64,000 nt of DNA from Thermogladius sp. (lineage in GTDB: Archaea; Thermoproteota; Thermoprotei_A; Sulfolobales; Desulfurococcaceae): NCBI GenBank assembly GCA_022759365.1, contig JAEMPJ010000007.1:9372-73371 (forward strand). The letters run 5' to 3'. The position numbers were made by a program, and so were the translations under genes. This document shows positions 50,279 to 60,032 of this stretch, piece by piece; the first letter of the stretch is position 1; each line of letters opens with the position of its first letter. The notes beneath the pieces were generated by a model. The model worked only from the letters and a program-made list of their open reading frames with translations. It had not been told where the DNA came from and ran no database searches.

Positions 50279-50935
50279 TTGCTTATAACAGGTGTTAGAC
50301 CGGTAGACGAGCTTCTAAACCCTGTTGAAAAACATTGGAGCATAGAGTTCTACGGGGACTCTTACGTGTTGAACTATTTGTTCCACAGGGCAGTATCCAT
50401 TAGGAGCAAGTATAGTAGGGTATATGTTGTTGTCTCACTGGAGTTCGGGGGTATTAGAACAGACCTCATAGAGGCTTTCTGCAGGATATTCGACTGCAGG
50501 CTACCCGCTGTGAGTGTGAGCAGGGTCTTCAGGGTTAGAGAGCTCGTCCAAGTATTGAAGAGTTTAAGCAGTGAAAGCGACTCTACGGTAATCCTATTAT
50601 ACCCCTACAACTTCCTCGGAGACGACCCCTCCACGTACTACGAGGCCACAGAGATATCGGGGCTGATAAACAGGGTTTCAGCTGGGAACTCCGTCCTAAT
50701 ATTCAACACTAAGACTAAGTTCGGCGAGAGAATGCCCGAGGGGGGTAGTATGCACCACCACGTGGTTAAGGTGATAATCAGGCTGGACAGGTTGGGCAGG
50801 CTGGTTAAAGCAGAGCTCGTCAAGCACCCCGCCAAGCCGACCGGGTTGCGTAGATTGTTCAAAGTGGACTTGTTGAAGAACGCTGTAGCCCCTGTTGAGA
50901 CGGTTAGCCTGCTCAACTGGGTTAAAGTGGGGTGA
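50279..50935 (+). CDS. degenerate RadA/RecA-like protein of the PolB2 operon
   Basis: ITGVRPVDELL...IEFYG RecA-type N-terminus without an intact Walker A; PEGG...HH; LVKHP; the longer ORF start overlaps the ferritin gene. Confidence 0.75.
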   Translation: MLITGVRPVDELLNPVEKHWSIEFYGDSYVLNYLFHRAVSIRSKYSRVYVVVSLEFGGIRTDLIEAFCRIFDCRLPAVSVSRVFRVRELVQVLKSLSSESDSTVILLYPYNFLGDDPSTYYEATEISGLINRVSAGNSVLIFNTKTKFGERMPEGGSMHHHVVKVIIRLDRLGRLVKAELVKHPAKPTGLRRLFKVDLLKNAVAPVETVSLLNWVKVG

Positions 50936-51183
50936 GGTTTTTGGGTAGAACCACGCCCTCCCTCAAGTACTATGTGAATATGTACATCGAGAGGTGGAGG
51001 AGCCTGCTCCCGCTAGTGGACCCTGGCATAAGAGAGGTCGTTGAGGAGCTACTCGAGGAGGTAGATTACTCGGCTTCACTGCTCTCGTATAAGGGTGTTG
51101 TAGACCCTCTAGAACCCCTCGTCTTCCACCTGCTGTTGAAAATAGCCGAGTTGAGGAAGAAATATGAGTATGGGAGAGCATAG
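50932..51183 (+). CDS. small helical PolB2-associated protein (arCOG07300-like)
   Basis: GRTTPSL N-terminus and DPLE motif; lies between the RadA-like gene and polB2. Confidence 0.75.
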   Translation: MRFLGRTTPSLKYYVNMYIERWRSLLPLVDPGIREVVEELLEEVDYSASLLSYKGVVDPLEPLVFHLLLKIAELRKKYEYGRA

Positions 51184-53146
51184 CCGGGTGGGGGAGTCGT
51201 GGCCTGCAACATGGCTCCTGGACGCTCGGCCGAGCCCTAGTAGAGGGGTTGTCCTGGAGCTCTACGAGGAGGCGACTGGGAGGGTTCGGGAGATAGAGTC
51301 TGATATCCTCTACTACGGCTACATTTACTCGAGCAACCCCTACGCTGTCTCAAGGCAATTGGTTTACGAGGGCCTGGTCGAAGATGCCTGGGTCGAAGAG
51401 TGGTTTACACCGCCCTACTACAGGGAGAAAAAGAGCATCGTTGTTTTCACCGCCAAGAGCTTCAGGGAACTTAAGCGGATCTTGGCTACAGGCGAGAAGA
51501 ACGGCTTGGAGCCCTTGAACAAATACCCCCACCCCCTAGTGGAGGCTCTCTACAGAGCGGGCTTGAGGCCTTTAACGAGAGTAACCGAGTTGAAGAAGGG
51601 AGTGGTTTCAACCACCTGGAGCTATAGTGAGAGAGACCCGGCTCTAAGAAGCCTGGTGATCAGCGCTGGAAACGGCGGTTATATTGTAGAAGGGGGGAAG
51701 CACCTGAGAACCTGGAGTATCAGGGAGGTTGCTTCAGCCATCGTTGAATACAGGCCGCTAATAGTTTTCACGGAGCCGGGTATATACTTGAAGCTTGTCT
51801 CAGAGGAGCCGGCGGTTAGGGAGTCTGTGTGGAAGTGGGTTTTAGGGGGCTCGTTCAGCGCCCACGAGTACTATGAGTGGTCTAGGCTGTCTTACACCCC
51901 TTTAAGCCTGATGAATAATGTGACGATAGGCAGAGTCCTAACCACCATTGAAGCGCTTGAGTCGAGGAAAATGAAGTACGTTATCCAGAGGGAGCATAGC
52001 AGGCCGGAGAAGTTTAGGAGCCTGGTCGACCTTATAGCACTGGATCGGGGCGGGGTTGTATTCAAGCCTAGGCCGGGATTGTACTGGAATGTCTGTCAAA
52101 TAGACTTCAAGAGCCTCTACCCGTCTATCATAAGCCGGCTCAACATATCAGGGGAGACGGTCAACGACCCTTACTGCAAGAGCAAGAGGAGCCTCGATTA
52201 CGCTGGGAAAGACGTGTGCCTGGAGCGCAGAGGGGTTGTACCCGCGAGCCTTGAAAAACTATTGTATCTCAAGGACCTCTACGACGGGTTGTACAAGAAG
52301 ACTGGCGACGAGCTGTACAATGCTAGGAAGAGCGCCGTCAAATGGCTTCTCGTGGCAAGCTTCGGCTACCTAGGCTACAGGAACAGCCTGTTCGGATCCA
52401 TATCAGCCCACGAAGCGGTCACAGCGACAAGCCGCGAGATCATGAGGAAAGCCTCGGAGAGAGTTGGTGAGGAAGGTTTCAGGGTAGTGCACGTTATCGT
52501 GGACAGCTTGTTTGTGAGCGGTGTCCCCAGCGAGGGGTGTTGCAGGAAGCTTGCGGAACTAGTCTCAGAGGCAACAGGCTACGAGGCTAAAGTCGAGTCC
52601 TACTACATATGGCTCTACATCCCGAGGGAAACCGGGAGTAGGAGGGGTGTGGCTAACAGGTACTACGGCCTCTTGTCTAACGGGGGCTTGAAGATAAAAG
52701 GGGTTCTAGCAGCCAGGAAAGACACCCCCGAGCTTGTTAAGGCGGCTGAGATCGAGGCGTTGAGTAAGCTGGCTGAGGCTAGAGAGCCAGGTAGCTTCAC
52801 CGGAGCCCTGCTTAAAGCCTACAAGGTTGTTGAGGACTACAAGCTGGGTTTGACGAGAGGTTTAGACCCCCGGTTGCTCGTCATAACGAGGTATAGAAGC
52901 GTGAGGGGAGGGTACAGGAAGCCACCGAGATACGTTGTGGAGGGTGAGGGTCCTCCCTACATGCTTATAGCGTCGAAAAACGGGTTGAAGCCGTTCCGCG
53001 AGAACACTGCGGTGGAGATCGACCTCGATTATTACTTGGGGATGCTCGACAAGGTTAGAAGAGAGCTACCTGAACCCGGTGATGTCGACGCATCCATATC
53101 ACAGCATCCTACCGGGAGCTGCCGCGAGCTTGCCTCCCCTCCTTGA
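51164..53146 (+). CDS. polB2: family B DNA polymerase PolB2 (Dpo2 type; exonuclease degenerate)
   Basis: WLLDA N-terminus, DRGGVVF, DFKSLYPSII, KWLLVASFGYLG, IVDSL, RYYG, IKG. Confidence 0.9.
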   Translation: MSMGEHSRVGESWPATWLLDARPSPSRGVVLELYEEATGRVREIESDILYYGYIYSSNPYAVSRQLVYEGLVEDAWVEEWFTPPYYREKKSIVVFTAKSFRELKRILATGEKNGLEPLNKYPHPLVEALYRAGLRPLTRVTELKKGVVSTTWSYSERDPALRSLVISAGNGGYIVEGGKHLRTWSIREVASAIVEYRPLIVFTEPGIYLKLVSEEPAVRESVWKWVLGGSFSAHEYYEWSRLSYTPLSLMNNVTIGRVLTTIEALESRKMKYVIQREHSRPEKFRSLVDLIALDRGGVVFKPRPGLYWNVCQIDFKSLYPSIISRLNISGETVNDPYCKSKRSLDYAGKDVCLERRGVVPASLEKLLYLKDLYDGLYKKTGDELYNARKSAVKWLLVASFGYLGYRNSLFGSISAHEAVTATSREIMRKASERVGEEGFRVVHVIVDSLFVSGVPSEGCCRKLAELVSEATGYEAKVESYYIWLYIPRETGSRRGVANRYYGLLSNGGLKIKGVLAARKDTPELVKAAEIEALSKLAEAREPGSFTGALLKAYKVVEDYKLGLTRGLDPRLLVITRYRSVRGGYRKPPRYVVEGEGPPYMLIASKNGLKPFRENTAVEIDLDYYLGMLDKVRRELPEPGDVDASISQHPTGSCRELASPP

Positions 53147-53278
53147 AAAATTGATGGGGGTTGCGGCCCGGTAAAGTCAGTGGTGGAAACATCGATTAGC
53201 ACACTATATGAACTTTATAATGCATAGTGGCTACCTGGATCTCCCGTCTCGAAAACGGCTACGGAAGGTGGCCTCGTA

Positions 53279-53542
53279 ATGAAGAAGCTGGTGTTGAGGA
53301 TTAAGAGCGTCGGGTGCCCCGGTTGTATTGCCACAGCTTTAGCACACTTGTTCAGGATAAAAGGGGTTAGAGGGGCTCGGGTGGTTGGTTTAGACATAAT
53401 CGTTTTACTAGACGATGAAACAGACCCTCGGGTGGTGCTGGAAGACCCTGTTTTAAACGAGTACTATAGAATAATCTCGTGGAGGCTCGAAGAATATAAG
53501 GGCGATGCCGCGCTTAGACGATATTCCCTCGCGCAAAGTTAA
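53279..53542 (+). CDS. heavy-metal-associated (HMA-like) domain protein
   Basis: LRIKSVGCPGC...LFRIKGV pattern. Confidence 0.7.
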   Translation: MKKLVLRIKSVGCPGCIATALAHLFRIKGVRGARVVGLDIIVLLDDETDPRVVLEDPVLNEYYRIISWRLEEYKGDAALRRYSLAQS

Positions 53543-53598
53543 GTTTATATAGAAGCCTTATCATCATGTTTCACCTAGGATCATAATTCCTTTCAAGG

Positions 53599-55257
53599 GT
53601 GGTGAATGTGACTGTAGAGCCAACAGGTATCCCTGTGTTGATACTGAAGGAAGGCACCCAGAGGACTGCTGGTAGAGATGCCCTGCGCACTAACATAATG
53701 GCTGCTAGAGCTGTCGCCGAGATGATTAAAACAACGTATGGGCCTAAGGGAATGGATAAAATGCTGGTTGACGCCCTGGGAGATGTAACTATAACAAACG
53801 ACGGCGCGACAATCCTAGATAAAGCTGAGATACAGCACCCAGCCGCCAAAATGCTTGTTCAAGTAGCTAAGAGCCAGGACAACGAGGTTGGAGATGGGAC
53901 TAAAAGAGCTGTCGTCTTCGCCGGCGAGTTGCTGAAGCAAGCCGAGGAGCTCCTGGCAAAGAACATCCATCCAACAGTTATTGTAAGCGGCTACAGGAAA
54001 GCTATGGAGGAGGCCCTGAAACTACTCGACCAGATAGCCCAGCCGATAGATATAAACAATGAGGATCTACTGAAGAAGATCGCTAAAACATCTCTAACGA
54101 GTAAGGCTGTCCACGACGCTAGAGACTACTTCGCGGAGATAGCTGTTAAAGCCGTTAAACAGATCGTCGAGAAGAGAGGGGATAAGAACTACATAGACTT
54201 AGACAACATCCAGATCATCAAGAAGTACGGAGGTGCCCTACTAGACTCGACGCTAGTCTACGGCGTAGTACTAGATAAAGAAGTCGTCCACCCAGGTATG
54301 CCCAGGAGGGTTGAGAACGCTAAGATAGCCCTACTGGACGCGGCGCTTGAGGTGGAGAAGCCGGAGATAACAGCTAAGATAAACATCACCAGCCCCGAGC
54401 TAATGAACGCTTTCCTAGAGGAGGAAGCCAAGATCCTGAAGGACATGGTGGAGAAGATCGCCGCTACTGGCGCTAATGTTGTTATAACGCAGAAGGGTAT
54501 TGACGAGGTTGCCCAGCACTTCCTGGCGAAGAAGGGTATTCTAGCCGTGAGGAGGGTGAAGAGGAGCGACCTCGAGAAGCTTGAGAGGGCGACGGGAGGT
54601 AGAATAGTGAGTAACATAGAGGATCTGAAGCCAGAAGACCTAGGTTATGCCGCTGTAGTCGAGGAGAGGAAGATTGGAGAGGACAAGATGGTGTTCGTGG
54701 AGGGATGCAAGAACCCGAGGGCTGTCAGCATTGTCATAAGAGGCGGCTTAGAGAGGCTCGTAGACGAGGCGGAGAGGAGTATAAGAGATGCCTTGTCAGC
54801 TGTGGCAGACGTCATAAGAGACGGTAAGATCGTTGCGGGCGGTGGAGCCGTCGAGGCGGAGCTTGCCAAGCACATTAGGAGGTTCGCTACGAAGGTGGGT
54901 GGAAAAGAGCAACTATCCATCGAGGCCTTCGCTAAAGCGCTAGAGGGCTTGGTTGTCACACTAGTCGAGAACGCTGGCTTAGACCCAGTCGATATTATAA
55001 TGAAGCTTAGGGCCGCCCACGAGAAGGAGGATGGTAAGTGGATTGGTGTAGACTTGAACACAGGCGACTTCGTGAACATGATGGAGAAAGGCGTGATAGA
55101 GCCTGTTAGCGTGATAGCTAACGCTATCAAAGCCGGTACCGAAGCCTCGACGATAATCCTAAGGATAGATGATGTAATAGCGGCTAGTAAGGCCAAGGAG
55201 AAAGGCGCTGAAACAGGCAAGAAGCCGGGCGAAGAGGAGAAGAAGGAGGAAGACTAA
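53599..55257 (+). CDS. ths: thermosome (group II chaperonin) subunit
   Basis: [39 protein letters not shown] box at ~53544. Confidence 0.97.
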   Translation: MVNVTVEPTGIPVLILKEGTQRTAGRDALRTNIMAARAVAEMIKTTYGPKGMDKMLVDALGDVTITNDGATILDKAEIQHPAAKMLVQVAKSQDNEVGDGTKRAVVFAGELLKQAEELLAKNIHPTVIVSGYRKAMEEALKLLDQIAQPIDINNEDLLKKIAKTSLTSKAVHDARDYFAEIAVKAVKQIVEKRGDKNYIDLDNIQIIKKYGGALLDSTLVYGVVLDKEVVHPGMPRRVENAKIALLDAALEVEKPEITAKINITSPELMNAFLEEEAKILKDMVEKIAATGANVVITQKGIDEVAQHFLAKKGILAVRRVKRSDLEKLERATGGRIVSNIEDLKPEDLGYAAVVEERKIGEDKMVFVEGCKNPRAVSIVIRGGLERLVDEAERSIRDALSAVADVIRDGKIVAGGGAVEAELAKHIRRFATKVGGKEQLSIEAFAKALEGLVVTLVENAGLDPVDIIMKLRAAHEKEDGKWIGVDLNTGDFVNMMEKGVIEPVSVIANAIKAGTEASTIILRIDDVIAASKAKEKGAETGKKPGEEEKKEED

Positions 55258-56351
55258 ACTATTCTAACCAACAACGGTTTTTTATAAAAACTTGAAAACA
55301 ATACCGCCTCTCCTTTATCCATATAGGGCAGTATCTCCCTGATCTCGCCAGTCATGTTGACAACCTTATCTAATACCTCGAGATCCACAGCCGATTTAAT
55401 CGAGTGAACTATCTTGGTCGACGTGTTAGCCATCACGTCTTCAACAAGCGCTGAAGGTGATTGCGAGACTATTACAAGGCCTACGCCAAATTTCCTAATC
55501 TCATCCAGCATTTTTACAAGTATCTCAACGTAGTTGTCCCTGCCGAGCAGGTTACGTGCTTCCTCAACCACTATTAGAAGCCTCCTCGAGTTAAAACCCC
55601 CTCTAAGGGCTTTATCGAAGATCTTTTTAAGGAAGGCCGCCACGTAGACCCTCCTTATAGCTAGGTCGCCTATCTTGGATAAGTCTATTACTAGAGGCCT
55701 GTTAGAGCCCACCTCGAGATCGGGGTCGCCACCGCTAAAGAGATCCTTATATCCTCCAATAGTCAGCCTCCTAAGTTTTCTCATAAGCGAGAGCCTGCTC
55801 TCCCTGAACCAGGCTGACTCATCGGGCATACCCTCAAGCGCCTCAACGAGGTCTGAGATGTCCAGATCCTCCTCCCCTCCGAGGGATTCAAGGCTTTTCA
55901 ACAGGACGTACTCTTGGGCTGGTGTCAAACCTAGCACTTGGCTGGCGAATTCCACTGAGTAGTACCCTTCCTCCCTGCTTAGTAGCGTTATAGGGAGTTG
56001 GAATGGATCCTTCACCTCCGGGTCGCGGAGCAAGCTACTGTACTCTCCATGCCAGTCCAGGATTAGGGGTTTGAAGAACACCGAGTAGTCTCCCTCGGTA
56101 AGCCTGTTTACTATTGTAGCCACGGTGAATGTCTTCCCAGTGCCAGTAGCACCCGTCACCAGTGTATGCTTGTTCAAGTCCTCAACTGGTATGCAGGCGT
56201 CGGCAGGCGGCGTCGAGTTAGCAACCTCCCCCACGACCACGCAGTCCCTGCTGGTATGCTCTCGGGTTTTAACCACCTCCTGCCTAGGGTATCTTGGGAT
56301 TACCCTGAGAGACCAGGGTAGGATGACCCCGGTGTTCTTCCTCTTCTTTAA
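55254..56351 (-). CDS. HerA-like ATPase domain; reading frame is open up to a slippery site (likely C-terminal part of a -1 frameshift fusion)
   Basis: [31 protein letters not shown]; no stop between 56276 and 56351. Confidence 0.85.
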   Translation of the reverse strand, partial: LKKRKNTGVILPWSLRVIPRYPRQEVVKTREHTSRDCVVVGEVANSTPPADACIPVEDLNKHTLVTGATGTGKTFTVATIVNRLTEGDYSVFFKPLILDWHGEYSSLLRDPEVKDPFQLPITLLSREEGYYSVEFASQVLGLTPAQEYVLLKSLESLGGEEDLDISDLVEALEGMPDESAWFRESRLSLMRKLRRLTIGGYKDLFSGGDPDLEVGSNRPLVIDLSKIGDLAIRRVYVAAFLKKIFDKALRGGFNSRRLLIVVEEARNLLGRDNYVEILVKMLDEIRKFGVGLVIVSQSPSALVEDVMANTSTKIVHSIKSAVDLEVLDKVVNMTGEIREILPYMDKGEAVLFSSFYKKPLLVRIV

Positions 56352-56671
56352 AAATTTGTTATAAGCTCAAGGATGTTGTGCGAGCCGGTTTCACCGAGCT
56401 CCCTCGCCTCGCCGACAGTTATATGCCTGAAGTTTGAGGCTATGTAGTCTCTTATAAACTGCACCTCTTTTTCGTCCTCGGCGTTCTTAACGCCTACGAG
56501 CAGCATTCCCTCGGCTCTATTCCTCTCAGCTACGCTCACAGCTATGACTTTAACCCCCCTGTTCCTCTCAACCCTGCTCTTTATCAACTCGCTAAGCTTC
56601 TTCAACTCCTCGTTGACAAGCTCCTCGCTTGAACCCATGTACCTGTATATTTTCAGAATGTAATATTTCAC
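56348..56671 (-). CDS. hypothetical protein (probable N-terminal part of the HerA-like ATPase)
   Basis: 107-aa ORF ending ACA AAT TTT TAA, overlapping the -1 frame of the ATPase. Confidence 0.75.
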   Translation of the reverse strand: MKYYILKIYRYMGSSEELVNEELKKLSELIKSRVERNRGVKVIAVSVAERNRAEGMLLVGVKNAEDEKEVQFIRDYIASNFRHITVGEARELGETGSHNILELITNF

Positions 56672-56707
56672 GCTCCCCCCTGGATAAGCCAGGGGTATAG
56701 TGGTGGA

Positions 56708-56722
56708 GGGTTCGGTGAAAGT
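56708..56722 (-). promoter_or_regulatory. ANTTTC-N3-GAACCC element upstream of the split HerA-like locus
   Basis: ACTTTCACCGAACCC, hexamer ending 46 nt before GTG 56671; 14/15 identical to the element upstream of the pilin. Confidence 0.65.
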
Positions 56723-56737
56723 TTCCGAGAGGCCTCT

Positions 56738-57088
56738 TCAGGTAGAAGACGCTCCCACGTAGACTTCGTCTAGGGGTTTGAAGCCTAGTTGCTGTTTTGT
56801 CTTCAAGACGAGGAGGAAACCGCCTATAGATATGACTGTCCTATATGTTTCTCCGATACTCCTGTTGGAGACAACGCTACCCTTGCCGCAGAAGTAGTGT
56901 TGGAGACACTCCTCTTTACTCTCCGTTATCGCGATAACAACGTTGCTTCCCTTCCTTAGATCCGGCATAATTTTCTCATGGAGTTCAATATCTATTGAGA
57001 CATCGCCGCATTGAAGCTTAACCCTGTATACCCCTGGGTATCTCAGCCTTTCTACTTCGCCTACCTGGCACTCGTATTTTTGGATCAT
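56738..57088 (-). CDS. rpoG: RNA polymerase subunit G (Rpb8 orthologue)
   Basis: OB-fold pattern C.V..VE, FCGKG.V, ISIGGFL; upstream of the SmAP3-TGT genes. Confidence 0.82.
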   Translation of the reverse strand: MIQKYECQVGEVERLRYPGVYRVKLQCGDVSIDIELHEKIMPDLRKGSNVVIAITESKEECLQHYFCGKGSVVSNRSIGETYRTVISIGGFLLVLKTKQQLGFKPLDEVYVGASST

Positions 57089-57248
57089 AGTATCAAGCCA
57101 TAAACCAGGGCTACTAGCCTTTAGCCAACGTCTTACTAAGTTTTTAAGATATTTTTAAGCATTACCCGGCGGAGTCGTGTCTCACACGATGGTTATTAAG
57201 GTGTCAAAGTAGAGAAATATTCAAAATATCCGCATACATAAATGCTCT

Positions 57249-57713
57249 GTGGGTGGAACCGTGAGCGTGCTAGATGCTTCGAGAAGGCTTGCCGGAGAGC
57301 TTTCAAGCCTGATAGATAAAAGAGTTAAAATAGTGTTAGCTGACGGCAGGTCTTATGAGGGGAAGCTAGTCGGGTTCGACACACCCTCCCTCAACATCCT
57401 AATCCAGAACGCTCAAGACGATAAGGGGAACAAGTACCCTAAGGTTATAGTGAAAGGAGATAGGCTGAGCGAGATCATAGTCCTGGAAGTCCCGTTATTC
57501 GACCCCGAGGAGTTCAAGAACATCATCATCAAGGAGATGAAGCTGCCAGAACACCTGGTTAGAGTTATACCTGAGGCTAGAGTAGTGGAGGTTCAAGGAC
57601 GCTATAGAGTTAGCGAGAGGGGTGTTGAGGGTACGGGGCCCATAGCTGAGACGCTTTATAGATTGCTAGAACAGTACTTGGAGACTAGGCGCAAGACGCT
57701 AAAGGGAGAATGA
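57249..57713 (+). CDS. Sm-like protein SmAP3 (Lsm domain plus C-terminal domain)
   Basis: LIDKRVKIVLADGRSYEGKLVGFD...LNI Sm1 motif, VIVKGD; C-terminal GVEGTGP. Confidence 0.88.
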   Translation: MGGTVSVLDASRRLAGELSSLIDKRVKIVLADGRSYEGKLVGFDTPSLNILIQNAQDDKGNKYPKVIVKGDRLSEIIVLEVPLFDPEEFKNIIIKEMKLPEHLVRVIPEARVVEVQGRYRVSERGVEGTGPIAETLYRLLEQYLETRRKTLKGE

Positions 57714-59260
57714 TTGTGGAGTACTTTGATGTAAGAGAGTACGACCTAGCCGGGCGTATAGGTAGGCTCAAGACTAAACATGGGGTTGTGGAGACCCCTT
57801 ATATTTTTCCTGTTGTAGACCCTGTTAGACAGGACTTGGATTTGAATACGATACGGGAGCTAGGGTTTAACGCTCTCATCACCAATGCTTACCTATTCTA
57901 CCGGAGGAATAAAGGCGTAGCCAGGGATATACACGCGGAGCTGAAGTGGGATAGTACTTTAATGACCGATTCCGGGGGCTACCAGGTATTAATCTACGGT
58001 GACGTTGAGGTAGACAACCCTACGATAGTGAAGTATCAGAAGCTTATTGGAACAGACATAGGTGTCATACTGGATGTCCCTACGGGCACAAAAATGAGCT
58101 GGGAGGAAGCCCACCGCGCTGTAGAGGAAACTTGGAGGAGAGCTCTCCAGGCGCTGCCGTTAATCATGGATAGCGATATCCTGTGGACTCTACCTATACA
58201 GGGCTCACCCTACATGGATCTACTCTTGAAATCAGCTGTAAGAGCCTGGAGGACGCCATACCACATATTCGCTTTTGGATCGCCTACAGTACTGCTTGAA
58301 AAATACGATTACAGCCCTCTACTAGAGTATGTCGCCCTAGCCAAGAGGGTTCTCCCACCTGGGAGACCACTACACGTGTTTGGAGTAGGGCACCCAATGA
58401 TCCTCCCATTCCTGGTAGCACTTGGCGCAGACTTGTTCGACTCAGCGAGCTACATATTGTACGCTCGCGAGGGGAGATACATGTTGCCGGAGGGGACGAA
58501 GAGGATTGAAGAGCTGACATACCTACCCTGCAACTGCCCTGTTTGCTCGAGATATACTGTGAGAGAGTTGCTCGAAATGCCCGCTGAAGAAAGAACCAAG
58601 CTCATAGCACTACACAACTTGTACATGTTGAAGAAGGAGCTGAACGTTGTCAAGGAGAGTATCAGGGAGGGGAGGTTATGGGAGCTCCTGGAAGAAAGGA
58701 GTAAGACTCACCCGAGCCTTAGAAGGGCTTTCGAGGTAATTAAAAGACATGCGGACATGCTGGAAAAATTCAACCCTCTCTCCAAACCCGACTCCCCGGC
58801 ACTCCTAGTGCTAGATGAAGACACCTACTTCAACCCCAGGGTAAGGTCGATGGAGGAGAAGAGTATCGAAGTGGTTGGCCGGATGTGGAAAGGAGGAGAG
58901 TACGCGGCTATTGTCGTATTCTCTGGAAAAGACTTTGGATCCCTGAGAGAAAAATTATTGAAACAAGGTGTGGTGGGTCAAGTGCTTATAGTACACCCAG
59001 TTCTAGGATTATACCCTCTCCAGTTATCTAACACGTATCCTTACTTCCAACATGAGGACGGCGTCTTTGACTACTTAGACGAGGAAATTTTGAACAATAT
59101 CTCTGCTAGGGTGCTCGAGTTGTTGGAGAGTAAGGGGAATTCGAGGGTCAGAGTCTTCGTGCCCGGAAATTCGAGTAGAGGGGAGTTAAAGCTCGCCCAG
59201 AGGCTCGTGACTACTTTGAAAGGGAGAAACATTCAAGCGGAGCTAGAGATACTCGGATAA
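57710..59260 (+). CDS. tgtA: archaeosine tRNA-guanine transglycosylase (catalytic part)
   Basis: GRIGRL, MTDSGGYQ, ILDVPT, PIQG, HVFGVGHP, DLFDSASY, CNCPVC, HNL. Confidence 0.95.
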   Translation: MIVEYFDVREYDLAGRIGRLKTKHGVVETPYIFPVVDPVRQDLDLNTIRELGFNALITNAYLFYRRNKGVARDIHAELKWDSTLMTDSGGYQVLIYGDVEVDNPTIVKYQKLIGTDIGVILDVPTGTKMSWEEAHRAVEETWRRALQALPLIMDSDILWTLPIQGSPYMDLLLKSAVRAWRTPYHIFAFGSPTVLLEKYDYSPLLEYVALAKRVLPPGRPLHVFGVGHPMILPFLVALGADLFDSASYILYAREGRYMLPEGTKRIEELTYLPCNCPVCSRYTVRELLEMPAEERTKLIALHNLYMLKKELNVVKESIREGRLWELLEERSKTHPSLRRAFEVIKRHADMLEKFNPLSKPDSPALLVLDEDTYFNPRVRSMEEKSIEVVGRMWKGGEYAAIVVFSGKDFGSLREKLLKQGVVGQVLIVHPVLGLYPLQLSNTYPYFQHEDGVFDYLDEEILNNISARVLELLESKGNSRVRVFVPGNSSRGELKLAQRLVTTLKGRNIQAELEILG

Positions 59261-59297
59261 TGCTCGTCGTGGAAAACTGAACTCTACTTAAGTTGTT

Positions 59298-60032
59298 CTA
59301 TAGGTATATTGGATGGCCCTTCTCGGCTTCCTCCATCTCGACAGATTTAAGCATTTTCTCCCGTTCAGCTTCAATCGACTCGATGATCTTCGCTTCTTCA
59401 AGTAGCCTTGTGGTATCTATTTTAAAGCCTAAAATGTCGCCTATTACCTCCACTGCGACCGCGCTCGCCCTGGGATCCGGCCTGTAGAGCTCTGTGTAGG
59501 AGAATAAAGCAATGCCAGGCACCTTGTAGGCGTCCATGAAGATCATCAGGAGGGCAAGCGGCCCAATTATATGTCTGCTCTCGAGTAGTTTAGCGTTCAA
59601 CCTCTCCTGGTAGCCCCCTATAGGAACCCACCTATATTTCTCGTCCTCGCTCTCTTTCAGGCTCGGATCCAACCCTCCTACAAGTATCGTCTTTGACACC
59701 TTCTTCTCCTTCACCCATCTAGCCACTAGCTCAGCGTAGTCTGTTCTCTCACGCACGTTGGGTGTGCCGTTGTTTACTAGAACAAGTAGCTTTTTGCCCT
59801 CCACCACGCCATAGTAGAGTTCAAAGGGGTATACGACACCTGTCTCCTTGGTGTAGATAGTTGTCTCGGGATAATATTTGGTTCTTATGAAACCTATCCT
59901 CTTCAGCTTAAGCTCCAAAACCAGGTGTCTGCTAGTTAAATAGCCGACCATGCCGAAACCTTGGAAGCCTGTTATGAATATTGAGCCCTCTAGATCCTTG
60001 TCGGGCACATTCTCCAACAATACCACGTTCAC
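59298..60032 (-). CDS. proteasome assembly chaperone PAC2 family protein
   Basis: ITGFQGFGMVGYL, IIGPLA, PDPRAS. Confidence 0.88.
   Translation of the reverse strand: MNVVLLENVPDKDLEGSIFITGFQGFGMVGYLTSRHLVLELKLKRIGFIRTKYYPETTIYTKETGVVYPFELYYGVVEGKKLLVLVNNGTPNVRERTDYAELVARWVKEKKVSKTILVGGLDPSLKESEDEKYRWVPIGGYQERLNAKLLESRHIIGPLALLMIFMDAYKVPGIALFSYTELYRPDPRASAVAVEVIGDILGFKIDTTRLLEEAKIIESIEAEREKMLKSVEMEEAEKGHPIYL

Noticed and set aside
53202..53229. CACTAT-N16-ATAGTG flanking the TATA box of the HMA-like gene
   Set aside because: Only 6-bp arms with a long spacer; could be a metal-regulator site but is within chance
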